A model generated the notes under the pieces. It did not search any database, was not told the origin of the DNA, and worked only from the letters and a program-made list of their open reading frames with translations. Shown in pieces: positions 55,490 through 64,000 of a DNA stretch of 64,000 bases (positions are counted from its first letter, which is position 1; the number at the start of each line of letters is the position of its first letter). The DNA is from Akkermansiaceae bacterium. Lineage in GTDB: Bacteria > Verrucomicrobiota > Verrucomicrobiia > Verrucomicrobiales > Akkermansiaceae. A program made the translations under genes and the position numbers. Location: positions 5,020 through 69,019 of the forward strand of contig JAJQCV010000015.1 of NCBI GenBank assembly GCA_021202525.1. The letters are read 5' to 3'.

Positions 55490-58483
55490 CTACTTCCAGA
55501 TCACCTCAAAAATATTCACGGAAGTATCCTTCTTGCCCGTAAGGCCGATAGCCTTGACCGGCTTCTTGACGGACTTCAAATTCAAGGTGGTCACTTTTTT
55601 GCCCTTGCCCAGATTGCCCACGGGAACCCAGCGGCCATCCGCGCCGCAGGCCTGAACGGTGGCTTCCCTGCCGTCCGACAGGACAATGGCCGAGTTCGCC
55701 CGCGGAGAAGTGCAGGGAATCTCCACCCGCTCCGGGGACAACTCCACGGGCAGGAACGTAGCCAGGTTGAAATCGCCGGCCGCGCCGCTGTTGCCGTCCT
55801 TCTTGCCCTTGTTGGCAAGATTGAGCTTGAACTCTTCCAGCGTCACCTCCTGCGGGGATGACCCGGCATTCACCAGCTTGACGCCCTTCACCACTCCGCC
55901 GATCTCCGCGGAACCGTCCGCTTTCAGCGGCACTTCCGTCCAGCCCTTCCCGTCCATGGAAATAAACAATTTGGCCCACTTCATATCCGGCGTCTTCAAA
56001 TTGATAGACGCGGACTCCACGGCCGCGCCGGCAGGGATTTGAAGCCCCAGAGACTTCCTGGGGGGCAGCGGATGCACCTCCATGATGCGCTTCAGGGAAA
56101 TATCCCTGTCTCCGGTCTCGGCCACGGCGCTCTTGAAAGCGGGAGCGTCCGTCAGCACGGAAGGAGCGGCGGGGGCGTTCACCTTGAAATCGCGTATGGC
56201 CGTCCACACGTCAGACTTGCCGCCGGGAACGCCCTGCACCGTGGCGCGGTAGCGCACAAAGCGGCCTTTTTTCCCGCTGCCCTGGTACTCCACGCGCACG
56301 CCGCTCGTTTCCGGCATCAGGGGCGACCATGACTGTCCGTCCATGGACACTTCCAGCTGCCCCTTGTTCACAGCATCCTTGTCGGAATCATTCCGGCCCA
56401 TCACGATGGAAACGGTGCGTATCTCGCGGGGGACGCCCAGGTCCACACCGAAAAAGTCACCCTTCTTCTGTACTTCCTTGCAGTAAAAATAGGACTCGGG
56501 ATCGTCATCCAGCATCTTTTCAATGCCGTTCTTCAGCTTGGTGGAAACGTACGGCTTCACCCTCCCCACGGCCTGACCGCTCACGCGGGAAAGCACGGGA
56601 GTGGACCCCAGGTCCAGCAACTCGCGCACGGCGGGGGCCATCACCAGTTCGGACGGCTTGACGGCCGTCTGCCACGGGGAATTCTTCTTGGTTACCTCCG
56701 TCACGTGCTTGTTGATGGCCTTGCTGATCTCCTTGCTGTAGCGCTGCATCTCCGCCAGCAGGCAGGCGGCCTCCATGGCATAATTCAATGCCGCGGCGGA
56801 ATTCCCCGCCTCCGTGGCCTCCAGCATCTGCATGCTGTTCATCCCCGCCTTGCCGAGGGATTCAAACTGGATCAGCCAGGGCTCCACTTCCGCGACAAAG
56901 GCGGGATTGTTCGACTTGGCCCGGATTATGTCCGGAGCCTGGGCCATCTTCGCAAACTCGGCCTTCAGGCGTTCAAACGCCTTGCTGTCCGCCACCTTCG
57001 CGCCGCGGCGGCACTGGTCCAGAACCTGTTCCACCACGGGGGCGATCTCCACGGACTCCTCCTTGCGGTAATTGTGCCCGCTCGGACCGCCGTCGCTATT
57101 GTGGTTGGCAAACGTCTGCATCGCGGAGGCGCAGCCGGGGAACAAAATGCGGATGCTGTCCTTCCACGTCTTGTCGGAATCATACGCCTTGGCGTTCCAG
57201 GTCATGTTCGCCACGCTGAACAGGGAAATCTTGGAGGCCTCCGGCTTGTCCATCGGATTGGAAGCGAACCCCTGCATGTACGGCATGGCATCCGCATCCA
57301 CGCCGTAGGTGCGCCCCAGGAACAGGGCGTGGCGGACATAATCCGTCACCGGGAAATTCCACCAGATGAAGGCGGGTCTCTGCAAAAACTTGTTGATTCC
57401 CTTCAGGGCCGGGGTGCGGATATCGCTCACAATGCCGGACCCCGTCCACATGATGCCGATGTCCTTGTCCAGATGTTCCCCCATCACCTCGTGATAACGG
57501 CCTCCGCCGCCGGAATACGCCGTGGGGCACACGATCAGCGGGGTTACGTCCGGCTTCTTGTGAATAAACTCCTTGTTCAGGTAATTCAGGAACTCCACCT
57601 GGCCTTCGGGCTTGGCCCCTTCCCCGCCAATGTCATCGAAAAACACGGCAAAGGAGCGGAACCCCAGGTCATACATCATCTCAAACTTCTTCACGGCCGC
57701 CTTCCGGTCCGCCTCTCCCCAGCGGATATCCGCACCGGGGTGCACGGCCCAGACGAAATTCACCTTGTTTTCCTTCGCAATCTTCACCAGCTCCTTCAAA
57801 TCCTTGGCCATGTCCGCCGGATAAGGCTCCCGCCACCTCTTGGAAAAACCGTGGAACACGTCGTCCTTCGGGCCGTAGATGTAAGTATTCATCTTGTACT
57901 TCCCGTAGAACTTGAACTGGCTGATGCGGCCTTCCTGCCCCCACGGCAGCCCGTAAAAACCTTCAATGGTGCCGCGGAACGGCACGTCCGGCCAGTCCAG
58001 CACCTCCACTTGCGGAATTGTCACGCCGGAGGGCGTCTTCTCCGCCAGTTGAAGCAGAGTCTGGGCCGCGTAAAACAGGCCCTCGTCATCATACCCCGTC
58101 ATCCGGATTCCCTGCGGCGTCACGCTCAGGGAATAGGCGCCCGCCTTCTGCGGAATATTCCCGGCAGGCTTCTTGCTCCCCTTGATGATGGACATCTGAA
58201 CGGGCAGCCCGTTGGGAGACAGGGCGAACATGCTCTTCAGCGCATTCATGGTGGGGGCATCCTTGGCGCCGGTCAGCTTCAAGGCCGGGACCGTCACGGA
58301 ACCGCCGCTCCTGGTCATCTTCTGGGGGATGGGATACACCGGCATCCTGGCCGCTTTTTTCGCGAGGCCGGATGCGGCGGAGGATGAAGCGGAGGGTGCG
58401 GGAGACTGGGCGAACAGAGGCAGGGCAAGCCCGGCCCCGAGCGCCGTGACCGCCATCATGGATCGGAAGGGAATCAAGTTCAT
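55490..58483 (-). CDS. GH84 beta-N-acetylglucosaminidase (O-GlcNAcase/NagJ-like) with F5/8 type C domain
   Basis: RGTIEGFYGLPW, YIYGPKDD, AVHPG, catalytic FAVFFDDI, WWNFPVTDY, SNPM. Start 58483 or 58459. Confidence 0.93.
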   Translation of the reverse strand: MNLIPFRSMMAVTALGAGLALPLFAQSPAPSASSSAASGLAKKAARMPVYPIPQKMTRSGGSVTVPALKLTGAKDAPTMNALKSMFALSPNGLPVQMSIIKGSKKPAGNIPQKAGAYSLSVTPQGIRMTGYDDEGLFYAAQTLLQLAEKTPSGVTIPQVEVLDWPDVPFRGTIEGFYGLPWGQEGRISQFKFYGKYKMNTYIYGPKDDVFHGFSKRWREPYPADMAKDLKELVKIAKENKVNFVWAVHPGADIRWGEADRKAAVKKFEMMYDLGFRSFAVFFDDIGGEGAKPEGQVEFLNYLNKEFIHKKPDVTPLIVCPTAYSGGGGRYHEVMGEHLDKDIGIMWTGSGIVSDIRTPALKGINKFLQRPAFIWWNFPVTDYVRHALFLGRTYGVDADAMPYMQGFASNPMDKPEASKISLFSVANMTWNAKAYDSDKTWKDSIRILFPGCASAMQTFANHNSDGGPSGHNYRKEESVEIAPVVEQVLDQCRRGAKVADSKAFERLKAEFAKMAQAPDIIRAKSNNPAFVAEVEPWLIQFESLGKAGMNSMQMLEATEAGNSAAALNYAMEAACLLAEMQRYSKEISKAINKHVTEVTKKNSPWQTAVKPSELVMAPAVRELLDLGSTPVLSRVSGQAVGRVKPYVSTKLKNGIEKMLDDDPESYFYCKEVQKKGDFFGVDLGVPREIRTVSIVMGRNDSDKDAVNKGQLEVSMDGQSWSPLMPETSGVRVEYQGSGKKGRFVRYRATVQGVPGGKSDVWTAIRDFKVNAPAAPSVLTDAPAFKSAVAETGDRDISLKRIMEVHPLPPRKSLGLQIPAGAAVESASINLKTPDMKWAKLFISMDGKGWTEVPLKADGSAEIGGVVKGVKLVNAGSSPQEVTLEEFKLNLANKGKKDGNSGAAGDFNLATFLPVELSPERVEIPCTSPRANSAIVLSDGREATVQACGADGRWVPVGNLGKGKKVTTLNLKSVKKPVKAIGLTGKKDTSVNIFEVIWK

Positions 58484-58829
58484 AAGTGTAAAAAAAAGCC
58501 TGTACGGGACAAGTCGACGTAAATACGGACCAATCGCCTCACTTCTAGCAGGGTGGCCCCTGTATGTCAAATTACTTCGCCCTGGTACGGAAAGCTGCCC
58601 ATCGTAACGAATGTGCCATGAAGACAGATAGTTGTTCCTGCGAGCATCACCGCTCCCCCGGCAGGGGCCCCGTACCCTCCATGCGTACTCCGGTTTGTAC
58701 CATCATACGCGCCGCAGGCGGAGTCGATTCCCGAAGCGGAAAAAATGAAAACACATTCGAGGGGAACGAACCGGACAGGCCGCCGCCCCAGTACGAAAAG
58801 CTGAAAATGGACCCAGAAATTGTTCTTTC

Positions 58830-59198
58830 CTAACCCCTGGCAGGGAAAAATCCGGAAATATCGAAATAAACGACTACTTCCTTGCCTTTTTTCGTCCTGA
58901 TCGTAATCACATCATAGGACTTTCCTTCATGCTGGACGAGCCCCTGCTTGAGCTTTTCATAATTCCCGTATTTCTTCTTAAGCCATTTCCCTTCGGCAGG
59001 AACACCATCCATCGAACTCTTGGCGCCAGTGATCACGACGGCCTTTTCAAAGCTGGAACCGTCTCCGCCTTTATAAGTGATGCGGGAGGCTGCCTCTTTT
59101 TTCCCGACCTTTGCAGGCATGGACGGGTCTTCGGTTTTGGCAACGGCGCACAGGCCGGGGACCAGCGCAAGAAATAAAACGGGTAGTAAGGTTTTCAT
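58830..59198 (-). CDS. Small exported hypothetical protein
   Basis: Signal peptide; GGDGSSFEKAVVI...YDVITI...VYFDISGFF; low GC (24/60 at 58861-58920). Confidence 0.7.
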   Translation of the reverse strand: MKTLLPVLFLALVPGLCAVAKTEDPSMPAKVGKKEAASRITYKGGDGSSFEKAVVITGAKSSMDGVPAEGKWLKKKYGNYEKLKQGLVQHEGKSYDVITIRTKKGKEVVVYFDISGFFPARG

Positions 59199-59357
59199 GC
59201 TCTATGAAATATAAGAAGCACTCATTCCCATGTAAAGCTTTTTAAGACAAGAACATCCGCATAACCGCATCAGGAAACAGGCATGCGGGAAAACATATCA
59301 ACAAGCCCCTGCCGTCCTCTTCCGGCTCGGCCTTTCACCTGCGGAACCATTCCCGGC

Positions 59358-59864
59358 CTACAACCACGCCGCCACTTCGTTTAAAGCCCCGACACGGGCC
59401 GTGGCGCAAGTCGGCCCATTCCCGGAGGAAAACAGAAAATTCCGTCCCACACCGGCGGAAAGGGCTGCCCGAACATCCCGTTCCCGGTCGCCGACGGACA
59501 CGCAGGATGCCATATCCAGCCCATGCGCGGCGCGGGCTTTCAAAAACAGGCCGGGATTCGGCTTCCGGTCGGGATGGCTGTCATCCACGCTGGGGCAGTG
59601 GAACACATCCGCAATCTCTGCCCCGGCGTCGAGGAACACATCCTTCATGTAATCCGTCAGCCGTGAAAAATCCTCTTCCGTAAACATGCCGCGGCCTATG
59701 CCGGACTGGTTGGTCACCACGATCACCAGATACCCCTTCTCCTTCGCCCGGCGGCAAAGCTCCAGAATTCCCGGCACCAGCTGGAAATCCTCAATGCGGT
59801 GCACATACCCCCCGTCCACGTTTACTACGCCGTCCCGGTCCAGAAACAGGGCTTTACCGTCCAT
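59358..59864 (-). CDS. gmhB: D-glycero-D-manno-heptose 1,7-bisphosphate phosphatase
   Basis: ALFLDRDGVVN, VVTNQSGIGRG, RKPNPG, VGDRERD. Confidence 0.93.
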   Translation of the reverse strand: MDGKALFLDRDGVVNVDGGYVHRIEDFQLVPGILELCRRAKEKGYLVIVVTNQSGIGRGMFTEEDFSRLTDYMKDVFLDAGAEIADVFHCPSVDDSHPDRKPNPGLFLKARAAHGLDMASCVSVGDRERDVRAALSAGVGRNFLFSSGNGPTCATARVGALNEVAAWL

Positions 59865-60423
59865 ACATCTCCTGTTCAACCAGCTCGCAGACCAGATGAC
59901 CCACGGCAATGTGCATCTCCTGAATATTATTCGTGGCATCGGAAGGAACGGCAATGCAGAAATCCGCCTGCTCCTTCATGGAGCCTCCGCCCCGCCCCGT
60001 AAGGGCTATGGTCCGGATGCCCATGCTCCGCGCCAGCTCCATCGCCAGCACGATATTCCGGCTGTTGCCGCTGGTGGAAAGCCCTACCAGCAGGTCCCCC
60101 GCACGCCCTACGCCTTCAAGCTGCCGGGCAAACACGGTATCATACCCGTAATCATTCCCTACGGCGGTCAGAATGGACGTATCCACCGTCAGGGCCAGGG
60201 CATTCATGGCCGGCCGGTTCAACTTGTAGCGCCCCACCAGTTCCGCGGCTAGGTGCTGGGAATCCGCGGCAGACCCGCCATTGCCGCAGAACATGATCTT
60301 GTTCCCGGCTCGGAGAGTGTCCGTGCAAACGCGCGCCACCGTTTCAATATCCCCGGACAAAGCGGCCAGCGCCTTGAAATTGTCCGCTATCCCTAAAATC
60401 TGTTCCCTGATGTAATCACTCAT
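59854..60423 (-). CDS. gmhA: D-sedoheptulose 7-phosphate isomerase
   Basis: CGNGGSAADSQHLAAELVGRY, GNDYGYD, LSTSGNS, IQEMHI. Confidence 0.96.
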   Translation of the reverse strand: MSDYIREQILGIADNFKALAALSGDIETVARVCTDTLRAGNKIMFCGNGGSAADSQHLAAELVGRYKLNRPAMNALALTVDTSILTAVGNDYGYDTVFARQLEGVGRAGDLLVGLSTSGNSRNIVLAMELARSMGIRTIALTGRGGGSMKEQADFCIAVPSDATNNIQEMHIAVGHLVCELVEQEMYGR

Positions 60424-61932
60424 TCCGGTCTCTTCTTCATGCGGTTGATAATATCGGTGGAGGAAAAGCCCTCCAGCCGGGGCAACTCAACGGCCCTGCC
60501 CCCATAGGACACCACATACTGCCCTTCCGGCCAGCGTTCCAGAGGGTACCCCTCCTTGGCGATCACGTCCGGGCGTAGCTTCTCGATCAGCGGAAGCGCC
60601 GTATCCTCGTCGAAAAGAACCACGTAATCGATGAAATCCAGAGACGCCAGCAGCAGGGAGCGGAGTTCCTCGTTATTGACGGGCCTGTCCTCCCCCTTCA
60701 GCCGCTTGATGGACGCATCCGTATTCAGTCCCACAAAAAGCACGTCGCAGGCCTTGCGCGCCTTCATGAACGAATGTAGGTGGCCCAGATGCAAAAGGTC
60801 GAAACAGCCGTTCGTAAACCCTACCACCTTCTTTTCCTTCCGGAAGCGTTCCGCCAGCTCCGCAGCAGCTTCCGCCGTCAGGATATTGTTTCGGTGATGC
60901 CAGGAGGAAACCTTGCGGGCCTTCTCCTCCAGCGCCTCTTTCAACTCCCCGCCGGTCACGCTCGCCGTGCCGAACTTGCCCACCACGATTCCGGCGGCCA
61001 CATTGGACACGACCAGAGCCTCAGGCACCGTGGCACCCGCCGCCAGGGCCGCTCCCAGGCTGGCCAGGGACGTGTCCCCGGCGCCGGATACGTCAAACAC
61101 CTCGCGCGCCTCCGTGGGAATGCACACAAAATCGGCGGGATTGGAGGAAGGAATGAAAATCATCCCGTGCTCGCTCAAAGTCACGAGCAAATTCTCAATG
61201 CCGAACTCGTCAAACAACTTTACGGCGCCTTCCAGGGCCGCCTTCTCCCACATCGGAGTGGAGGGATTCAAACAGATCCCCGTGGCCTCCTGAAACTCCT
61301 TCATATTCGGCTTCACCAGAGTCGCCCCGCGATAACGGGAGTAATCCGCCCCCTTGGGGTCCACGATGACGGGCTTTCCGGCCGCACGGCACCGGGCAAT
61401 CACGGCGGGAGCGGTTTCCCCGTCAAACAGGCCCTTGCCATAATCGGACAAAAGGACAAGATCGGCGTCCGGCAGGCAGGCATCCACCCGTTCCAGGAAC
61501 CTGGCGGCCAATTCCGGCGCCATCTTCAATTCCTGCTCCTGGTCCGCCCTCAGCAAATGATGTTTTCCCGCCACAAAACGGATCTTCACCGTCGTCTCGT
61601 AATCCCGGCACTCCACCAACTCAGGGGTGCAGCAAGTATCTTCCAGAAAAGCCTTCACCTGCCGTCCGTTCGCATCGTCCCCCACCACGCTGACGAAAGT
61701 GGTCCGGCACCCCAGAGTGCACAAATTGGACACTACGTTCCCCGCACCGCCCAGCATGCGCGTCTCCCTGTCCATCCTCATGATGGGAACGGGAGCCTCC
61801 GGAGAAATCCGGGTGACGCTGCCGACCACACTATACTACAACATCACGTACCACAACCAATCATTAAAAAAAAAATTAAATCCATCAATCAATGTATGCC
61901 GCCGGTTCATTGGAGACGTTTCTTTCTACCAT
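60420..61932 (-). pseudogene. hldE: Bifunctional heptose kinase/adenylyltransferase with a disrupted 5' end (genuine lesion or assembly artefact)
   Basis: RISPEAPVP, GGAGNV, DVSGAGDT, FTNGCFDLLHLGH, GFSSTDII intact. ATG 61932 frame stops at 61885; main frame has TAG at 61836; GDVMLD motif reads WYVML*. Confidence 0.85.
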
Positions 61933-62143
61933 GCCCCGCCTGATAAGGCAAGGACAGTTGAAAACCGCCGGGAAACCGGGAAAAAAGGTAAAATCCCCGT
62001 CTCCCCGGGCTGCCTGCGGCATCTCCCTGCCCCCTCCGGACCGCAAAAAATGGGTCAGTCACGATAAAAATCTTGACCTCCAGGCGGGAAAGCACTACCT
62101 ATTGTCTCCCGTTCCCGGACGAATAGAAAAAGGAAAATAAATC

Positions 62144-62398
62144 ATGCGTGAAGTTACCGTAAGAAAAGGTGAACCTATCGACCGCGCTCTCAAGCGCCTC
62201 AAAACCAAACTGGATGTCGAAGGCATTCTGGACGAAATGCGTCGCCGCCGTGCCTTTGAAACCCCGATGGACGAACGCCGCCGCAAGGCCCGTTCCGCCA
62301 GCAAGCGCAACAAGGTGAAATGGCGCTTCAACAACAGGAGCGAAGAAGCCGCCGTCGAAACCGCCGAAGCTGCTCCCGTTTCCGCTCCTGAAGCTTAA
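62144..62398 (+). CDS. rpsU: 30S ribosomal protein S21
   Basis: VTVRKGEPIDRALKRLK, FETPMDERRRK; short acidic Ala-rich tail. Confidence 0.95.
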   Translation: MREVTVRKGEPIDRALKRLKTKLDVEGILDEMRRRRAFETPMDERRRKARSASKRNKVKWRFNNRSEEAAVETAEAAPVSAPEA

Positions 62399-62481
62399 AT
62401 CTCCATTGGTTCGGGAATAGAACCTCTTTCAACAAGGGCAACCCTTCTCCAAGGTTTGCCCTTTTTGCTTACCTCAGCAAC

Positions 62482-63762
62482 ATGAATCAATCCGCCCAGC
62501 TCTTCTCCCGTGCGCGCGCCGTCATACCGGGCGGCGTCAACTCCCCCGTCAGGGCCTTCCGCAACGTGGACGGCGATCCCTTCTTCGTCCAGTCCGCCAA
62601 AGGCGCCTACATCACGGATGCGGACGGCCGCCAGCTCATCGACTACATCGGCACGTGGGGCCCCGCCATCCTGGGGCACGCCCCGGAAGCCGTCCTGAAT
62701 GCCGTACACGCCGCCGTGGACCGGGGGCTGGGCTATGGCATCCCCGCGCCGGCGGAGGTGGACATGGCGGAAATGATTGTCCGCATGGTGCCCTCCGTGG
62801 AAAAAGTGCGCATGGTCAACTCCGGCACAGAGGCCACCATGTCTGCCATCAGACTGGCTCACGGCTATACCGGACGCCGTAAAATCATCAAATTCATCGG
62901 CTGCTACCACGGGCATGTGGACTCCCTGCTCGTCGCGGCGGGTTCCGGCGCACTCACCTTCGGGGAACCGGACAGCGCGGGCGTTCCCCGGGAAATGACG
63001 CAGCTCACCATCACCGTGCCGTACAACGACCGGGAAGCCGTCAAAAAAGCCTTTGAACTCCATGGCCGGGACATTGCCGCCGTCATCCTGGAACCCTTCC
63101 CCGCCAACGCCGGGCTCTACTTTCCTCAAAACGGTTTTCTCCACTTCCTGAGGGAAATCACCCTCCAGTATGACTCCCTGCTCATCTTTGACGAAGTCAT
63201 GACGGGCTTCCGCGTCGCCCCCGGCGGCGTCCAGCAGCTTCACGGCATCATGCCGGACCTCACCTGCATGGGCAAAGTCATCGGCGGCGGACTTCCCGTG
63301 GGCGCCTTCGGTGGCCGGGCTGAAATCATGGACTGCCTTTCCCCGCTGGGTCCCGTGTACCAGGCCGGCACCCTCTCCGGAAACCCCGTGGCCATGGCGG
63401 CAGGGCTGGCACAGCTCCGGGAACTTCTGGAAGGAAACGCCTATGACCGCCTGGAGCAACTGGGGGCGCGGCTGGAGGCAGGCATCCGGGAAGCCATCCG
63501 GGAACACGGCAGGAACTACACCTTCCACCGCGCAGGCTCCATGTTCTGCCTCTTCTTCACGGAAGAGGAAGTCTATGATCTGGACACGGCCCAGAAAGCC
63601 TCCAAGGCCCTCTTCAAGCCCTTCTTCTGGAACATGCTGGAACAGGGCGTCTACTTCGCCCCTTCCCCCTATGAAACGGGATTCATCTCCCTGGCCCATA
63701 CGGAAGAAGACATTGACCGCACGGTGGAAGCCGTGCATGCCAGCCTCTCCAGGCTCGGCTAA
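62482..63762 (+). CDS. hemL: Glutamate-1-semialdehyde 2,1-aminomutase
   Basis: IPGGVNSPVRAF, NSGTEATM, YHGHVD, IFDEVMTGFR, GKVIGGGLPVGA, YQAGTLSGNP. Confidence 0.97.
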   Translation: MNQSAQLFSRARAVIPGGVNSPVRAFRNVDGDPFFVQSAKGAYITDADGRQLIDYIGTWGPAILGHAPEAVLNAVHAAVDRGLGYGIPAPAEVDMAEMIVRMVPSVEKVRMVNSGTEATMSAIRLAHGYTGRRKIIKFIGCYHGHVDSLLVAAGSGALTFGEPDSAGVPREMTQLTITVPYNDREAVKKAFELHGRDIAAVILEPFPANAGLYFPQNGFLHFLREITLQYDSLLIFDEVMTGFRVAPGGVQQLHGIMPDLTCMGKVIGGGLPVGAFGGRAEIMDCLSPLGPVYQAGTLSGNPVAMAAGLAQLRELLEGNAYDRLEQLGARLEAGIREAIREHGRNYTFHRAGSMFCLFFTEEEVYDLDTAQKASKALFKPFFWNMLEQGVYFAPSPYETGFISLAHTEEDIDRTVEAVHASLSRLG

Positions 63763-63864
63763 CGCGTCACAACCGTTTCATTCTCCGTGGAATGCGCCGC
63801 CCTCCGGCGGTTGCAGTCCACGATTTGGAGTGACAGATGACGGCCCTTCCCTTATAAGGATGGC

Positions 63865-64000
63865 ATGAGACAGATGGCAGGTTCTGTTCTGCTCGCGTCC
63901 GTGGCGGCCCTCATGGCAGCTCCGCTGGCAGACGCGGAGGAGAGAACAATCCGACTTACAGAAGAGGAAAAACAGGAACTCAGGGAGGCGAACGAACGCC
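63865..64000 (+). CDS. Exported protein, N-terminal fragment (runs off the window end)
   Basis: MRQMAGSVLLASVAALMAAPLADAEERTIRLTEEEKQELREANER; signal-peptide-like, open to the end. Confidence 0.5.
   Translation, partial: MRQMAGSVLLASVAALMAAPLADAEERTIRLTEEEKQELREANER

Noticed and set aside
61866-61875. A10 tract as a phase-variation switch for hldE
   Set aside because: Stops on both sides and damage to the GDVMLD motif mean that slippage alone cannot restore the protein.
62336-62398. Acidic Ala-rich tail on S21
   Set aside because: Short low-complexity tails on ribosomal proteins are common; no evidence of special function.
1-64000. CRISPR array, tRNA, rRNA, IS/transposase, retron or group II intron
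   Set aside because: No spaced direct repeats, cloverleaf signatures, rRNA-like segments, or DDE or RT motifs were seen.

Overview
Chromosomal window from a GC-rich gut Verrucomicrobium, most likely an Akkermansia species (inferred from the GH29 fucosidase, GH84 GlcNAcase, Verrucomicrobia-type pilin and gene order). The backbone is housekeeping: dnaE, pyrD, thiE, pnp, rpsO, truA, nadD, rph, bioD, cdaA, panC, skp, lpxD, gmhA/gmhB/hldE, rpsU, hemL. Accessory blocks are a lower-GC AraC-linked island (12.3-19.9 kb), a TetR-EmrAB-TolC-type efflux cassette between rpsO and pnp, and a sulfonate/nitrate-type ABC transporter. The most striking element is an intact three-gene phage-derived operon (29263-37337): a 433 aa and a 1717 aa protein resembling podovirus ejection proteins, plus a large terminase with all catalytic motifs. 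It has host-like composition and no integrase, small terminase, portal or capsid nearby, so it is a candidate domesticated, gene-transfer-agent-like module. Also found: a 50 aa CdaR-anchor-like ORF missing from the ORF track, an amber-interrupted thioredoxin, a corrupted hldE 5' end, candidate rpsO and pnp leader RNAs, and many sigma70-like promoters with 16 bp spacers and near-leaderless starts. No tRNA, rRNA, CRISPR array or transposase was seen. All family calls come from motif recognition by eye; no database search was run.
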